Assembly: GCA_041690135.1 (NCBI GenBank)
Contig: JAWLHY010000008.1
Coordinates: 128,001-192,000 of the forward strand
Length of the DNA stretch: 64,000 nucleotides
Reading direction: 5' to 3'
Source: Armatimonadota bacterium
GTDB lineage: Bacteria > Armatimonadota > SYMT01
A model generated the notes under the pieces. It saw nothing but the letters and a program-made list of their open reading frames with translations, did not search any database and was not told the DNA's origin. Position 1 is the stretch's first letter, and the number at the start of each line of letters is the position of its first letter. Below, in pieces: positions 37,584 through 47,605 of this stretch. The translations under genes and the position numbers were made by a program.

Positions 37584-39455
37584 TTAAAGCTCCCGGGCCA
37601 CCTGCTGAATCTCGAAACACTCGAGGATGTCGCCTTCCTTCACGTCGTTGAAGCCGTCGATGATGATACCGCACTCGTACCCCGCGGCCATCTCTCGCAC
37701 GTTCTCCCGCACGTGACGAAGGCTGCCGATCTCCCCTTCGTGGATCATCTGCCGGTTGCGCACGACACGGATCTCGGCGTTTCGCCGGACCAGGCCTTCC
37801 AGCACGTAGCAGCCCGCCACGACATTGTTGTTAGGCAGCTTGAAGATCTGCCGGACTTCGGCGCGTCCCAGCTTGTTCTCCTGGTAGACGGGAGCGAGCA
37901 TCCCCGTCATCGCGGCCGTAACGGCGTCGATGAGCTCGTAGATGATCCGGAAGGTTCGGACCTCCACCCCTTCGTCCTGAGCGGAGCGACGGGCAGCCGG
38001 GTCGATCTTGGTATTGAAGCCGAACACCAGCGCATTCGACGCAGAAGCCAGCAGGATGTCGTTCTCCCCAATCGGACCGACGGCCGCGCGGAGGATCCGT
38101 ACCCGGACTTCGGAGGTGCTCAACCGGTTCAGCGCGTCGCGCGCCGCTTCGACGGAGCCCTGCACGTCGGCCTTGAGGATGACGTTGCATTCTTTGACGT
38201 CGCCCTGTTGGATCTGCTGGAACAGGTTCTCCAGGCTCAGCCGGCCGGCGTGAGCACCGAACTTCTCCTCGCGCTCCGCGGCCTCCCGTTCCTGCGCGAT
38301 CTGGCGCGCTTCCTTGTCGGACTCGGCCGATTCCAGCCGGGTGCCGGACATCGGCACAGCGGAAAGCCCCAGGATTTCGACAGGCATGCCGGGGCCCGCG
38401 CGGTTGACCCGCTGCCCGCGGTCGTCGGTCATCGCCTTGATCTTGCCGTAAATGCTTCCGACCACCACGCTATCGCCGGGGAAAAGCGAGCCGCTTTCTA
38501 CCAGCACCGTGGCGACAGGGCCTTTGCCCGGATCGAGACGAGCCTCGATAATGACGCCTTCCGCCGGGCCGTTGGGATCGGCCGTCAACTCCAGTACTTC
38601 CGATTCGAGCTGGAGGCGGTCCAGGAGATCGTCGACTCCCAGGCCTTCCTTGGCGGAGAGCTGAACGGTGCCGACTTCCCCGCCGTAGTCTTCCGGAACC
38701 AGCCCGTGTTGGGTCAGTTCGCCCAGGACCCGGTTGGGGTCCGCGTCCGGCAGGTCGATTTTGTTGATCGCCACTACCATCGGCAGGTTCGCCGCCTTGG
38801 CATGGTCGATCGCTTCCAGGGTTTGCGGCATTACGCCGTCGTTGGCGGCGACCACCAGAACGGCGATGTCGGCAATGCTGGAGCCGCGGGCGCGCATGGC
38901 GGTGAAGGCCTCGTGACCGGGGGTATCCAGGAAGGTGAGCCGCTTCATAACCTTGCGGCCTTCTCGCTCCTCACCCGTTTCCACGGAGGTCTGGAAGGCC
39001 CCAATGTGCTGGGTGATGCCGCCGAACTCGTGGTCGGCCACGTCCGTGCGCCGGATGGTGTCGAGCAGGGTGGTCTTGCCGTGGTCGACATGGCCCATCA
39101 CCACGATGACCGGGGGCCGCGGCACGGGTCCGGAGGGGCGTCCCTTTTTGGAGGACTTGGGGGCGGCTTTCGGAGCGGGAGCCCCGCCGTCGGCACGGGC
39201 AGCGGCTTTGGGGGCCGGAGCCGAAGAGACGACAAGGAAACCTTTCCGCTCGGCGACCTTGGTGGCGTTCTCCAGCGTTACCTGGGCGTTCAGGTTGGCG
39301 AGAATCCCCAGGTTGAGGAGCTCGCGCTGTACGTCGGCAGGAGAAACCCCGAGCTTGCCGGCCAGGTCGGTCACGGTTAACGGGCCGCCCAGCTCGATGA
39401 GCCGGTCTTCTCCGGTGTTGGACGTTTCGTTGGGGTTGGGGGTTTTCAGACTCAC
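37584..39455 (-). CDS. infB: Translation initiation factor IF-2 (short N-terminus)
   Basis: [52 protein letters not shown]. Confidence 0.98.
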   Translation of the reverse strand: MSLKTPNPNETSNTGEDRLIELGGPLTVTDLAGKLGVSPADVQRELLNLGILANLNAQVTLENATKVAERKGFLVVSSAPAPKAAARADGGAPAPKAAPKSSKKGRPSGPVPRPPVIVVMGHVDHGKTTLLDTIRRTDVADHEFGGITQHIGAFQTSVETGEEREGRKVMKRLTFLDTPGHEAFTAMRARGSSIADIAVLVVAANDGVMPQTLEAIDHAKAANLPMVVAINKIDLPDADPNRVLGELTQHGLVPEDYGGEVGTVQLSAKEGLGVDDLLDRLQLESEVLELTADPNGPAEGVIIEARLDPGKGPVATVLVESGSLFPGDSVVVGSIYGKIKAMTDDRGQRVNRAGPGMPVEILGLSAVPMSGTRLESAESDKEARQIAQEREAAEREEKFGAHAGRLSLENLFQQIQQGDVKECNVILKADVQGSVEAARDALNRLSTSEVRVRILRAAVGPIGENDILLASASNALVFGFNTKIDPAARRSAQDEGVEVRTFRIIYELIDAVTAAMTGMLAPVYQENKLGRAEVRQIFKLPNNNVVAGCYVLEGLVRRNAEIRVVRNRQMIHEGEIGSLRHVRENVREMAAGYECGIIIDGFNDVKEGDILECFEIQQVAREL

Positions 39456-39776
39456 AGTACTCCGATCTTTCTTCCGAATTCCTCTCGAACGAATCGCTGT
39501 TAAAGGGAACGGGCCGAGCCCTTTGCGAAAGGCTCAAGCCTATGCTCGAAACTGCTCCAGCAGCAGTTGCCGCCGAAACCTGGATGAGAGCTAACGAGCG
39601 TCGCTCTCACCGGACAGGGGCTGAGAGGGGAAGAAAGTGGGACCGCCGGAGCGGACCGATTTAGAGTACCATCTTCAGCCTCCCAGGCCCTGGGACCGGA
39701 TTGCGGGGATGAACGGGCGGACGGCAGTCCGCGCTCGCCCGTTCATCGCTGTGAACATCCCGTCATTTCCTGACCC

Positions 39777-40064
39777 TCATTCCTGTCCCGTACTACAACC
39801 TGTTAAATAATCCCGCAGGCTAGCCGCGATTGCGGCTGCCGCCTCTTTCGGTACCGATTGCCGGAAAGCGCGGTCGAACGCCTTCCGCTTGATCGCTGTC
39901 TCCAGACATCCTTCCGAGGGACAGAGGTAGGCTCCGCGCCCCGGCACTTTGCCGTAGGGATCCAGCACAAACCGATCGTCGGGCGTGTGCACCAGCCGAA
40001 CCAGCTCCTGCTTATCGCGTACCGTTCGGCACGCAATACAACTGCGCTGTGGCTTTCGACGCAC
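39777..40064 (-). CDS. ylxR: YlxR/RnpM (DUF448) RNA-binding protein
   Basis: PQRSCIACR, GKVPGRGAYLC; located after nusA. Confidence 0.93.
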   Translation of the reverse strand: MRRKPQRSCIACRTVRDKQELVRLVHTPDDRFVLDPYGKVPGRGAYLCPSEGCLETAIKRKAFDRAFRQSVPKEAAAAIAASLRDYLTGCSTGQE

Positions 40065-40125
40065 CTGAGCCCTCGTCCTTTTCGACTTCCACTTCCGGGA
40101 GGCCTGCCGCCCCTACCCTGGCGGA

Positions 40126-41268
40126 TTACTCCTCGACGTCCGCTCCGGTCTCCCGACCAGCGGGAGTGGGCACCGTTTCTTCGCCACCCGCAAGTCGGGC
40201 GCCCTCACGGATCGCCAGCTCCTGAAGCCGCCGATCTCGATCCTGGCTTTCACTACGGATATCGATCCGCCAACCGGTCAGCCGAGCGGCGAGGCGCACG
40301 TTCTGCCCTTCCTTCCCGATCGCCAGCGAAAGCTGGGAGTCCGGCACCACCACGTAGGCGCTCTTGGCCTCGTCGTTGATCGTGACGGAAACAGGCTTGG
40401 CCGGGCTGAGGGCCTCGCGGATGAAATCGCCCACGTTATCGTGCCAGCGGATGATGTCGATCTTTTCGCCGTACAGCTCGTTGACCACTGCTTGTACCCG
40501 GCTTCCCCGATGGCCTACACACGCGCCAACCGGATCCACCTTTTCGTCGGTGGTCGCCACCGCGATCTTCGACCGGGCGCCGGCCTCGCGGGCCACGCTC
40601 TTGATCAGCACGGTGCCGTCTTCGATCTCCGGCACTTCCAACTCGAAGAGCCTCCGGATCAGCGACGGGTGCGAGCGGGACACGATCACCTGCGGGCCTT
40701 TGGTGGTTTTCTTGACTTCGAGCAGGTAGACCTTGAGGCGGTCGTTGAAGCGGTACTGCTCGCCATGTACCTGCTCGCTCGCGGGGAGGAGAGCCTCGAC
40801 CTTGCCAAGCAGCACGAAGCAGTTGCGCTGCTCGCGGCGCTGCACGACGCCGGTCACCACCTCACCCACGCGGTGGGCGAACTCGTCGTAAACCTTCTCA
40901 CGTTCGGCTTCACGGATGCGCTGCACCACCACCTGCTTGGCCGTCTGCGCTGCAATCCGTCCGAAGCCGTCGGCGGGGAGCTCCACGTCGATCGTGTCGC
41001 CGAGACGCACGGCGGGGTTGCGACGCTGCGCATCCGCCAGCCGGATCTCGCGATGGGGGTTCTCCACATCCTCAACGACGATCTTCTGGAGGACCGGCTT
41101 CAAGCCGCGACCGCGGGCATCCATCCGCAGCTTGACCTCGGCGCCGTCCGCGAAGGCGCGCCGGTAGGCGGAAGCGAGCGCCGACTCGATGGTTTCCACG
41201 AGTTGGTCGAACGGAATATCCTTCTCTCTCTCGATTTGCTTGAGTGCGTCGATAAAGTCGCCGTTCAT
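40126..41268 (-). CDS. nusA: Transcription termination/antitermination factor NusA
   Basis: [43 protein letters not shown]. Confidence 0.98.
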   Translation of the reverse strand: MNGDFIDALKQIEREKDIPFDQLVETIESALASAYRRAFADGAEVKLRMDARGRGLKPVLQKIVVEDVENPHREIRLADAQRRNPAVRLGDTIDVELPADGFGRIAAQTAKQVVVQRIREAEREKVYDEFAHRVGEVVTGVVQRREQRNCFVLLGKVEALLPASEQVHGEQYRFNDRLKVYLLEVKKTTKGPQVIVSRSHPSLIRRLFELEVPEIEDGTVLIKSVAREAGARSKIAVATTDEKVDPVGACVGHRGSRVQAVVNELYGEKIDIIRWHDNVGDFIREALSPAKPVSVTINDEAKSAYVVVPDSQLSLAIGKEGQNVRLAARLTGWRIDIRSESQDRDRRLQELAIREGARLAGGEETVPTPAGRETGADVEE

Positions 41269-41410
41269 CTCGCTCCAGTCCTCTATTACGTTGGTCTATT
41301 TGCCCGTTACCGGGTTATGCTGCCGACCGCCCGGGTCCTGCATCCTTTCGCGGATTGAGGTACGATTCTCACAGCAAAAGGGCTGCCGACCCTTTCGGCG
41401 CCAGAAGTGC

Positions 41411-41436
41411 GAAAGAGTGGGTTTTCACCCACTCTC
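41411..41436 (-). promoter_or_regulatory. rimP/nusA-leader RNA hairpin
   Basis: Minus strand AGAGUGGGU-GAAA-ACCCACUCU-UU matches my recollection of the conserved GAGUGGG...CCCACUCUUU leader of rimP-nusA operons. Confidence 0.75.
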
Positions 41437-41487
41437 AGGAAAAGCGCCGAAGTAGGGAAAGGCCCTATCAGGGGCCAAACCGCAGGA

Positions 41488-41516
41488 AGTATAGCATCTT
41501 TCCAACACCCGCGCAA
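41488..41516 (-). promoter_or_regulatory. Sigma70-type promoter of the nusA operon
   Basis: TTGCGC-N17-TATACT with an extended -10 TG. Confidence 0.65.
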
Positions 41517-41588
41517 GAGCAGCCCGCCCCCTCAAGTGAGGGCTGCGGCACGTTCTTCGATGGGTAGCCGGATAGGCAGGAGGTCGAA

Positions 41589-42173
41589 TTGAACGAGGAA
41601 GAAGTGCAGGAATCGATGGACGAACCGGGTGCCGCCGGATCGGCAGATGCCGGGCCACAAGATTCCGAGCCACAAGACGCCGGGCCGCAGGGCGAAGCGA
41701 GCACCGGGAGCGCGCTGTTCGAAGAGATCCAGCAGCCGCCCTGGCCGGCAATGGCCCTGGGGCTGGGTGGCACGGCTACCGGGGCGATTGCCGCCGCGCG
41801 CGCGCTGAGCATGTTCGCGCGTTTCGGCGTGGCGGCCCTGGCGGTCGGCGGTCTCGGGGTAGTCTTGACGGAATTCATGTTTCCCATGCGCACCACGCTC
41901 CTGCCGGAGGAGTTGCAGGTCCGTTTCGGCCGGCGTACCCGTTTCCGGATCCCCCTCAAGAACGTGGTTCGTGCTTACGCTCGCACTTACCAGCCGCTGG
42001 CGGAGTACGGAGGGTGGGGCATCCGCGGGGTGGGAGGGAATCGCGCCTTCAACATGCGCGGCAACGAAGGCGTGCAACTGGAGTTGCGTAGTGGGCAAAA
42101 GGTCCTGATCGGCTCCGAGAAACCCGAGGAACTCGTCAGGGCCATCCGCAAGGCCACAGGCTGTTCTTCCTGA
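41589..42173 (+). CDS. Hypothetical 2-TM protein with a bacterial PH-like domain (DUF6141-like)
   Basis: Two hydrophobic helices, Y-x-PLAEYGGWGIR, GNEGVQLEL, LIGS-x2-PEEL. Confidence 0.75.
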   Translation: MNEEEVQESMDEPGAAGSADAGPQDSEPQDAGPQGEASTGSALFEEIQQPPWPAMALGLGGTATGAIAAARALSMFARFGVAALAVGGLGVVLTEFMFPMRTTLLPEELQVRFGRRTRFRIPLKNVVRAYARTYQPLAEYGGWGIRGVGGNRAFNMRGNEGVQLELRSGQKVLIGSEKPEELVRAIRKATGCSS

Positions 42174-42177
42174 TGGG

Positions 42178-43092
42178 TCACTTGCCACCTGGGGTGGGGT
42201 CGAGGTGGTTCTCCCGGAGGAACCGGACGAACGTCTCGCTCGCGACCGAGAGATAACCGTGCGCTCGCCAGACGAGGTAGAACTCCCGGGTCACGTCCAG
42301 GCCTTCCACGGGAAGCACCCGGAGGAGGCCGAGACGTTCCTCATCCTTTACCGCCCACTCGCTAAGCACGGCGAGGCTGTCCGTCTGGCGGACGGCCATC
42401 TTCACCGCTTCGGTGCTGCCGAGCTCCAGAAACACCTGGAGCTCGTCGGCCGGAATACCTGCCTGCGAGAGGGATTGTTCCAGCGTGGACCGGGTGCCGG
42501 ACCCGTGCTCCCGCATCACGATCGGCTGCTGGAGGAGATCCTCGCCGGTGAGCGTGGATTGCGCGGCTAGTGGATGCCCCGGTCGGACCACCGCCACCAG
42601 GCGTTCCTGCAGGATCGGTTCGAACTTCAACCGCTCGTCCCGGACCTTCTCCCCAACCATTCCCAGCTCGAACCGCCCTTCCCGAAGCCCCGCGCGCACC
42701 TCCTGGCTATTGGAGACCGCGAGGTGGATATCCACACCGGGGCGCTCCTGCTTGAACCGGGCCAGGGCCGCCGGGAGGATGTAATGCCCGGGCACGGTGC
42801 TTGCTCCAACTTCCAGGGATCCCACGGCCAGTCCCTGGAGGTGGTCCATGGCCTGCTCGGCCCGCTCGCTGACCTCCAGGATTTGCAGCGCGTAAGGGTG
42901 GAAAACTCTTCCCGCCTGCGTGAGCGAGATGCCCTGTGCCGAGCGCTCGAACAACCGGGTGCGGAGCGTCTTCTCTAGCGCCTGGATCTGGGCACTGATC
43001 GTGGGCTGGGTCAGGTGGAGACGCTCGGCCGCGCGTGAAAAGCTTCCTTCCGAAACGATGGTACAGAACGACTTGACGTGTTGGAAGTTCAT
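42178..43092 (-). CDS. LysR family regulator (CysL-like/selenium-associated subfamily)
   Basis: GSFSRAAERLHLTQPTIS-x-QI-x-ALE, GASTVPG-x-YILP, REHGSGTR, LGSTEAVK. Confidence 0.93.
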   Translation of the reverse strand: MNFQHVKSFCTIVSEGSFSRAAERLHLTQPTISAQIQALEKTLRTRLFERSAQGISLTQAGRVFHPYALQILEVSERAEQAMDHLQGLAVGSLEVGASTVPGHYILPAALARFKQERPGVDIHLAVSNSQEVRAGLREGRFELGMVGEKVRDERLKFEPILQERLVAVVRPGHPLAAQSTLTGEDLLQQPIVMREHGSGTRSTLEQSLSQAGIPADELQVFLELGSTEAVKMAVRQTDSLAVLSEWAVKDEERLGLLRVLPVEGLDVTREFYLVWRAHGYLSVASETFVRFLRENHLDPTPGGK

Positions 43093-43099
43093 GCCAGAT

Positions 43100-43747
43100 T
43101 CAGGCCCGGATCAGGTGGATCCAGTCGGTGAACAGGAACCAGAGCCGGCCGATGAAGAGGGACATGCGCGCCATCACGGTCGAGCCGAACATGGCCCCGA
43201 ACGCGATCATCATGAGCCACCGGCCGAGCGAGGCGGCGCGGGCGACGGGTCGGGCGCGGTGCTCGAAGGAGAAGAAGAAATACAGGAAGACGCACAGCAG
43301 CGTCACCATGAAGATGAGGTTGTCGAACTGGATGAACGGCGGCGCGAACCCGGCCGTGAAGATCGGCCGGAAGGAATCCGCGATCTGCCGCATGTAGGTT
43401 CCGGCCCAAGTGCGGAAGATCAGCCCCGCTTCGAAGCCCATCATTGTCATCATCACCACGCGGCTCATCCAGTTCAGGCGCCGGCTGTAGATGGTGTAAT
43501 ACATCAGCCCCGGCACCAGCGCCATGGCCCACGGCCATTGGCCCGCGTCGCGCATGGGTTGGTACCACTTGGGGAACAGGATCTGCGCCCAGATGGCATA
43601 GAGACCATAACCAGTGGCCAGTCCAAGGAACGCGTGCTCGGCGACCCGGTAGATCGGGTTTTCGCGGTAAAGAATGGAGTAGAGCGCCAGAGTGGCCAGG
43701 GCGCCCATCCAGATCATGATCCCCTGAGGCGAAGTAAGCGCTTCCAT
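43100..43747 (-). CDS. Uncharacterised polytopic membrane protein (DUF6754 cluster)
   Basis: About 6 TM; YSILYRENPIYRVAEH, YFFFS, GRWLMMIAFGAMFGSTVMARMSL. Confidence 0.8.
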   Translation of the reverse strand: MEALTSPQGIMIWMGALATLALYSILYRENPIYRVAEHAFLGLATGYGLYAIWAQILFPKWYQPMRDAGQWPWAMALVPGLMYYTIYSRRLNWMSRVVMMTMMGFEAGLIFRTWAGTYMRQIADSFRPIFTAGFAPPFIQFDNLIFMVTLLCVFLYFFFSFEHRARPVARAASLGRWLMMIAFGAMFGSTVMARMSLFIGRLWFLFTDWIHLIRA

Positions 43748-44640
43748 CAGGCAGTCCTCCGGCGAGCGAACCAGCCGCGGATGATCGCCAGGTTTCCGAA
43801 GATGATGAGTACGAACAGGTAGAGGTGCGCGAACGACTGACCGGCCATCATCCGCGAGGCGCGGCCCCGGAAATCCAGAAGGTCCTCATATTCCGCGGCG
43901 CCCCGCATTCCGGTAAGCATCCCCGTTAGCTGCCGGGTGGCCAGGTAGGGATACTGCTCGGGTGCCATCACGGCGGTGCAGGCCAGGCTGATATCCACTC
44001 TCTCGGAACCGATCAGCGCGATCCACGCCGGAGTGGTGGCGGAAGCGGTTATGTCGATCAGCATGCTAAAAGACCTGGGCAGGGTGGTCACTCCGGCGAA
44101 CAGGGGGTACTGTCGGAGTTGCCGGCCCTTCCAGTCCGCCTGCAGAGCGGCGATCGGGTCCCGCACCAGCGATCGGATCCAGGGAGTGTTCCGCACCTTG
44201 TAACCGGTGTTGACGTAATCGCGCCCGTAGATCGGGTAAGCGTCGGCCGGCCGTTCCGGACCGAACTCCTGCAGAATCGCCACTTCCAGCGCGTTCTGAG
44301 TCAACTGGGGAGCGTTCGGGGACCCGACGGACATCACCACGAACTTCAGGCGTCGCCGCATCAGGTGCCGGAAGATGGCAATCGTCTGGGGCTCATTCTC
44401 CGCGTACGTGCCCGCATCCCAGTTGGAGGACACCAGCACCAGTTGATCCTGGGGTAGTGCTTCGATCGAGCGGTGGAAGTTGATGACCGGCGGTGTGGCG
44501 TAAATCGGCAGCCCAAGGCCGGCGACCAGCGGCAAAATCGTGAAGACGAGTAGCCCCAGGTAGATGTAGCGGCGGTCAATCCGGGAGATGAACTGCTCCC
44601 AGTTCTGCATCATTCCGGGGCGGGAGTTGGTGAGCGCCAT
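43747..44640 (-). CDS. Uncharacterised protein, TM-alpha/beta domain-TM (DUF6754 cluster)
   Basis: IDRRYIYL TM, YGRDYVNTGY, CTAVMAPEQYPY, GMRGAAEYE, QSFAHL TM. Confidence 0.8.
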   Translation of the reverse strand: MALTNSRPGMMQNWEQFISRIDRRYIYLGLLVFTILPLVAGLGLPIYATPPVINFHRSIEALPQDQLVLVSSNWDAGTYAENEPQTIAIFRHLMRRRLKFVVMSVGSPNAPQLTQNALEVAILQEFGPERPADAYPIYGRDYVNTGYKVRNTPWIRSLVRDPIAALQADWKGRQLRQYPLFAGVTTLPRSFSMLIDITASATTPAWIALIGSERVDISLACTAVMAPEQYPYLATRQLTGMLTGMRGAAEYEDLLDFRGRASRMMAGQSFAHLYLFVLIIFGNLAIIRGWFARRRTA

Positions 44641-44644
44641 TTCG

Positions 44645-45592
44645 CTAGACCTCCTGCCCGAAGTAAGTGCCGCGCTCCAGGCTCAGCCAGATGCGCAGGG
44701 ACATGGCGAGCGCCCCCAGCCCCAGCCCGAAATCGATGGCGCGCTGCACAGAACCGTTGATGACGTTGAGCACCCAGTAGCTGAAGTTCTCGATCCGCAA
44801 CCCGCTGACGACCCCCTCCTGTGGGATCCAGTTGGTCAGGGCCATCCCGAGGGGCACCTGTCCGGCCATCAGAATAATGGCGGTGATCATCATCAGGGCC
44901 GCTTCGGCGTTCCGGATACGGAAGGCACGGTAAGCGGCGGAAACGATGTAGAAGGCGAGGATAGAGAACATCGTCGCTTCCAGGTTCACGTAGAGGCCGC
45001 GGAACAGGAAGGTGTAGAGGTCGCTCGCATAGAGCGGGTTGAACGTGTCCGGAATCGGCGGAAGGCCCAACTGTGCCCGGAGTGAGGGGTCGTCGATCGT
45101 GTTGCGATCCAGGATGAATGGTGGCGGTAGGTTGGCCAGGGTCAACGCGCCCGGTTCGGGGCCGAACCACTGGTACCAGTCGCGCCAGAAGGCGGCCACC
45201 GCCATCCCAATAAACGCGGCGAAGAAAACGACGCTGTACCCCCAGTTCGCCCGCGTGCGGCGGATGTTGTTGAAGTGGATGTGGACGAGGTTATAGATCC
45301 CCAACAGAAAGGTAAAGGCCGCCACGATCTGCAACACGTTCCCGATAATGTCGGTCCCCGTGGTGATGGGGTTGGGCTCACCTGCGGGAGTCTCCGGCCA
45401 AAAGTACTCCAGAGCGTACACCGCGCCGGCGATGAACGTGAGGGCGACGATCATCCAGCGTTTGCCCTGGCGTGGCACGAAATGGATGACCGCCAGCACC
45501 GCGAGGCAGGCGAGGATGGAGAGCACGGCTGCCGTCCACATCGCGCCGTCGTTCCGGGCAAACCAGTCGAAATTGAAGAGAGATCGAGGCAT
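44645..45592 (-). CDS. Uncharacterised polytopic membrane protein (DUF6754 cluster)
   Basis: About 7 TM; ATMFSILAFYIVSAAYRAFRIRN-x-EA, GQVP, SLRIWLSLER. Confidence 0.8.
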   Translation of the reverse strand: MPRSLFNFDWFARNDGAMWTAAVLSILACLAVLAVIHFVPRQGKRWMIVALTFIAGAVYALEYFWPETPAGEPNPITTGTDIIGNVLQIVAAFTFLLGIYNLVHIHFNNIRRTRANWGYSVVFFAAFIGMAVAAFWRDWYQWFGPEPGALTLANLPPPFILDRNTIDDPSLRAQLGLPPIPDTFNPLYASDLYTFLFRGLYVNLEATMFSILAFYIVSAAYRAFRIRNAEAALMMITAIILMAGQVPLGMALTNWIPQEGVVSGLRIENFSYWVLNVINGSVQRAIDFGLGLGALAMSLRIWLSLERGTYFGQEV

Positions 45593-45601
45593 CGCTTGTC
45601 T

Positions 45602-46474
45602 CTAGCTGCTTCCCTGCTGAATCCACTGTTCGAGCTGCTGCGGCAAGGAGAGCTGACCGGCAGGCAATTTGTTGGGGGAGACCTGGATGTGCTGGTCGTC
45701 GTTGATGACCGGCTGCCCCGTCACGCCGTGCCACACGGAGAAGAAGAGCGCCATGGCGACGATGATGCCGACGAGGATCATCTTACAGTAGTCCTGGCCC
45801 ACCAAGCTCCCAAGGAGCACCGGCTCACGGGTGAGATAAGCCGTGCCCGCGTAATACTCGTCGCCGATAATCGTGTAGTCGCAAGCCGCGATAAAGAACG
45901 GAATCTGCGTGATGCTGGGCGTCCCGGCCACCTGAATGGCCCCCACCTGGTTTCCGGTCTCCGCCAGGATCAGGGCTTCGGCGGCGAACACTCCGAACAT
46001 GAAGTTCGAGGCTGCCCGCTCTCGGGTGATTACCCCCACCATCGCCGAGGCGTAGGCGAACTGCCGATCGGAGAGGAACCGCACATCGTCCACCTGGTAG
46101 CTCTCCGGACGCCCCTCCACGGTGTAGGCCTCGCGGACCGCTTCATCCGTCACCGCGTAGAGGGTCGGGTCGGCCATCGTGATGATCACGCGGTTGCCGA
46201 ACCGGATCGCCATGCGGGTGACATGGATCGCAATGGCCAGCGCTTGCAGTGTGACGATATCCAGAGCCCCCAGCCCGAGAGAGAACGTAATGGGACGGCC
46301 CATTTCCGTGGCGCGGCCTACCGCTTCATCCACGGCGGTAAGGCCGGGAATGCGGCGGATGAAGAGTTGCCGGCGCCGCGCGACCAGAATGCGCGACAGG
46401 ATGATCGCCGAAAAGACAATCAGCAGCACGCGCGGCAGCAACACCGGGATCCAGTAATCCAGGGCTTCTTTCAT
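45602..46474 (-). CDS. DUF6754 domain protein
   Basis: LFIRRIPGL-x-AVDEAVGRATEMGRP, QFAYA, AEALILAETG, QIPFFIAACDYTIIGDE; N- and C-terminal TM. Family recalled, not searched. Confidence 0.8.
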   Translation of the reverse strand: MKEALDYWIPVLLPRVLLIVFSAIILSRILVARRRQLFIRRIPGLTAVDEAVGRATEMGRPITFSLGLGALDIVTLQALAIAIHVTRMAIRFGNRVIITMADPTLYAVTDEAVREAYTVEGRPESYQVDDVRFLSDRQFAYASAMVGVITRERAASNFMFGVFAAEALILAETGNQVGAIQVAGTPSITQIPFFIAACDYTIIGDEYYAGTAYLTREPVLLGSLVGQDYCKMILVGIIVAMALFFSVWHGVTGQPVINDDQHIQVSPNKLPAGQLSLPQQLEQWIQQGSS

Positions 46475-46483
46475 GCTCTTTAC

Positions 46484-46915
46484 TTACCCGCTTTCCGGGT
46501 GGGTCTCGTCTCGTCTTCCTGGTTGTTGTTCCGGAAGTGGAGCGGTCCCTTCTTCGTCGGGGGTTGGGAGGCTTTCCATTCCTGCTGCAGGCTCCGCGGA
46601 ATCGCTATGCTCCGGGTCCTCAAGTGACTGCGCCTGCGATTCGGCGGCCAACTCCTCGATGCGGTTCACCAGGCGCTCGACGTTGCGCGAATCCTCGAGT
46701 AACTTCGAGAGCTTCAGCACGTTGTCCGTCCCCGCGAGCGCCCCGAGGAATGGGGTCGCCACAATCAGCGCCTGGCTCCCCAGAAAAGATAGGGGGCGGT
46801 GCATCTCCAGCATAAAGACGGCGGGCACCTCCATGCGCCGGCGCACCACCTCATGAGCCGCCCGCTCGATCCACGCGTCGCGCTCTTCGTCAGTCAGCGT
46901 TACTTCGAACGGCAT
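46484..46915 (-). CDS. Conserved hypothetical protein (DUF6754 cluster)
   Basis: MEVPAVFMLEMHRPLSFLGSQAL-x3-PF, LLED-x2-NVE-x-L-x2-RIE; acidic tail. Confidence 0.75.
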   Translation of the reverse strand: MPFEVTLTDEERDAWIERAAHEVVRRRMEVPAVFMLEMHRPLSFLGSQALIVATPFLGALAGTDNVLKLSKLLEDSRNVERLVNRIEELAAESQAQSLEDPEHSDSAEPAAGMESLPTPDEEGTAPLPEQQPGRRDETHPESG

Positions 46916-47366
46916 CCCGAAACCTGCGCACGGCGCTCAGGACTTCCTCCTGCGAGCCGTGCCCTTCACCAAAACGGAGAAACACGCCACGGAACGGTTC
47001 CAGGCGGGTGCGCACGCCCAGCGGCGAAAGCTTGACCCCGTCTTCCAGGAGATAGGCTTTCTTCACCTCGGACCAAGCAATCCTGCGCCAGTTGTGCAGG
47101 TTGCGCATTTCCGCGCCTTCCTCGTCCAACCGATACCGGATGGGAAGCAAGAACTCGCTGGTAGCGCCCAGCAGCGCCAGCACGCAGAATCCCGCATAGA
47201 GCCAGTTGCGAAACAGGAAAAAGCAGAGACCGGCGGAAAGGAGCGCGGCTCCCACTACCACCGCGGCACGCGCGGGCTGGGTGCGTGCCAGGTGGACCTG
47301 CCATTCCAGCGCATCGATCCCTTCGCTGGAGTTGCCATCGACGGATGTGAGGGTGTCGGAGACCAT
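46890..47366 (-). CDS. Conserved 2-TM protein with PH-like C-domain (DUF6754 cluster)
   Basis: LEWQVHL, two TM, FLLP-x2-Y-x-L, GVKLSP-x5-RLEPFRG-x-FLRF; start uncertain. Confidence 0.75.
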   Translation of the reverse strand: MVSDTLTSVDGNSSEGIDALEWQVHLARTQPARAAVVVGAALLSAGLCFFLFRNWLYAGFCVLALLGATSEFLLPIRYRLDEEGAEMRNLHNWRRIAWSEVKKAYLLEDGVKLSPLGVRTRLEPFRGVFLRFGEGHGSQEEVLSAVRRFRDAVRSNAD

Positions 47367-47469
47367 GGAGAGGAGCAGCATTTCCACGGGCGGGAGACGG
47401 GTGGGGCGACGTTCCCCGCAGGTCGACGCCGGTGGGTAGAGGCCCTTCAAGTCCGCGGGACCGTCGTCA

Positions 47470-47488
47470 CTATAGAAACCTTCTATAG
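47470..47488. promoter_or_regulatory. AT-rich palindrome, candidate operator
   Basis: CTATAGAA-ACC-TTCTATAG in the divergent region between the DUF6754 operon and purB. Confidence 0.4.
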
Positions 47489-47605
47489 GCTCCGGTTGCG
47501 CAGATTATACCGTAGGCGCGGGGATACAGTCCGTCCGGTGATACGATAATCCGTTCACCGCCGGGCACCCGGCTTGTTTTCGTTGTTCAGGAAGGGAGCC
47601 TCCCG

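Noticed and set aside
37713-39380. 555-aa plus-strand ORF
   Set aside because: Antisense shadow of infB, as expected from high-GC codon bias.
42178-43092. Selenium utilisation locus implied by the LysR subfamily
   Set aside because: No selD/selA/yedE genes or in-frame UGA selenoprotein candidates seen nearby.
45275-46627. 450-aa plus-strand ORF
   Set aside because: Antisense shadow of the DUF6754 operon genes; no recognisable motifs.
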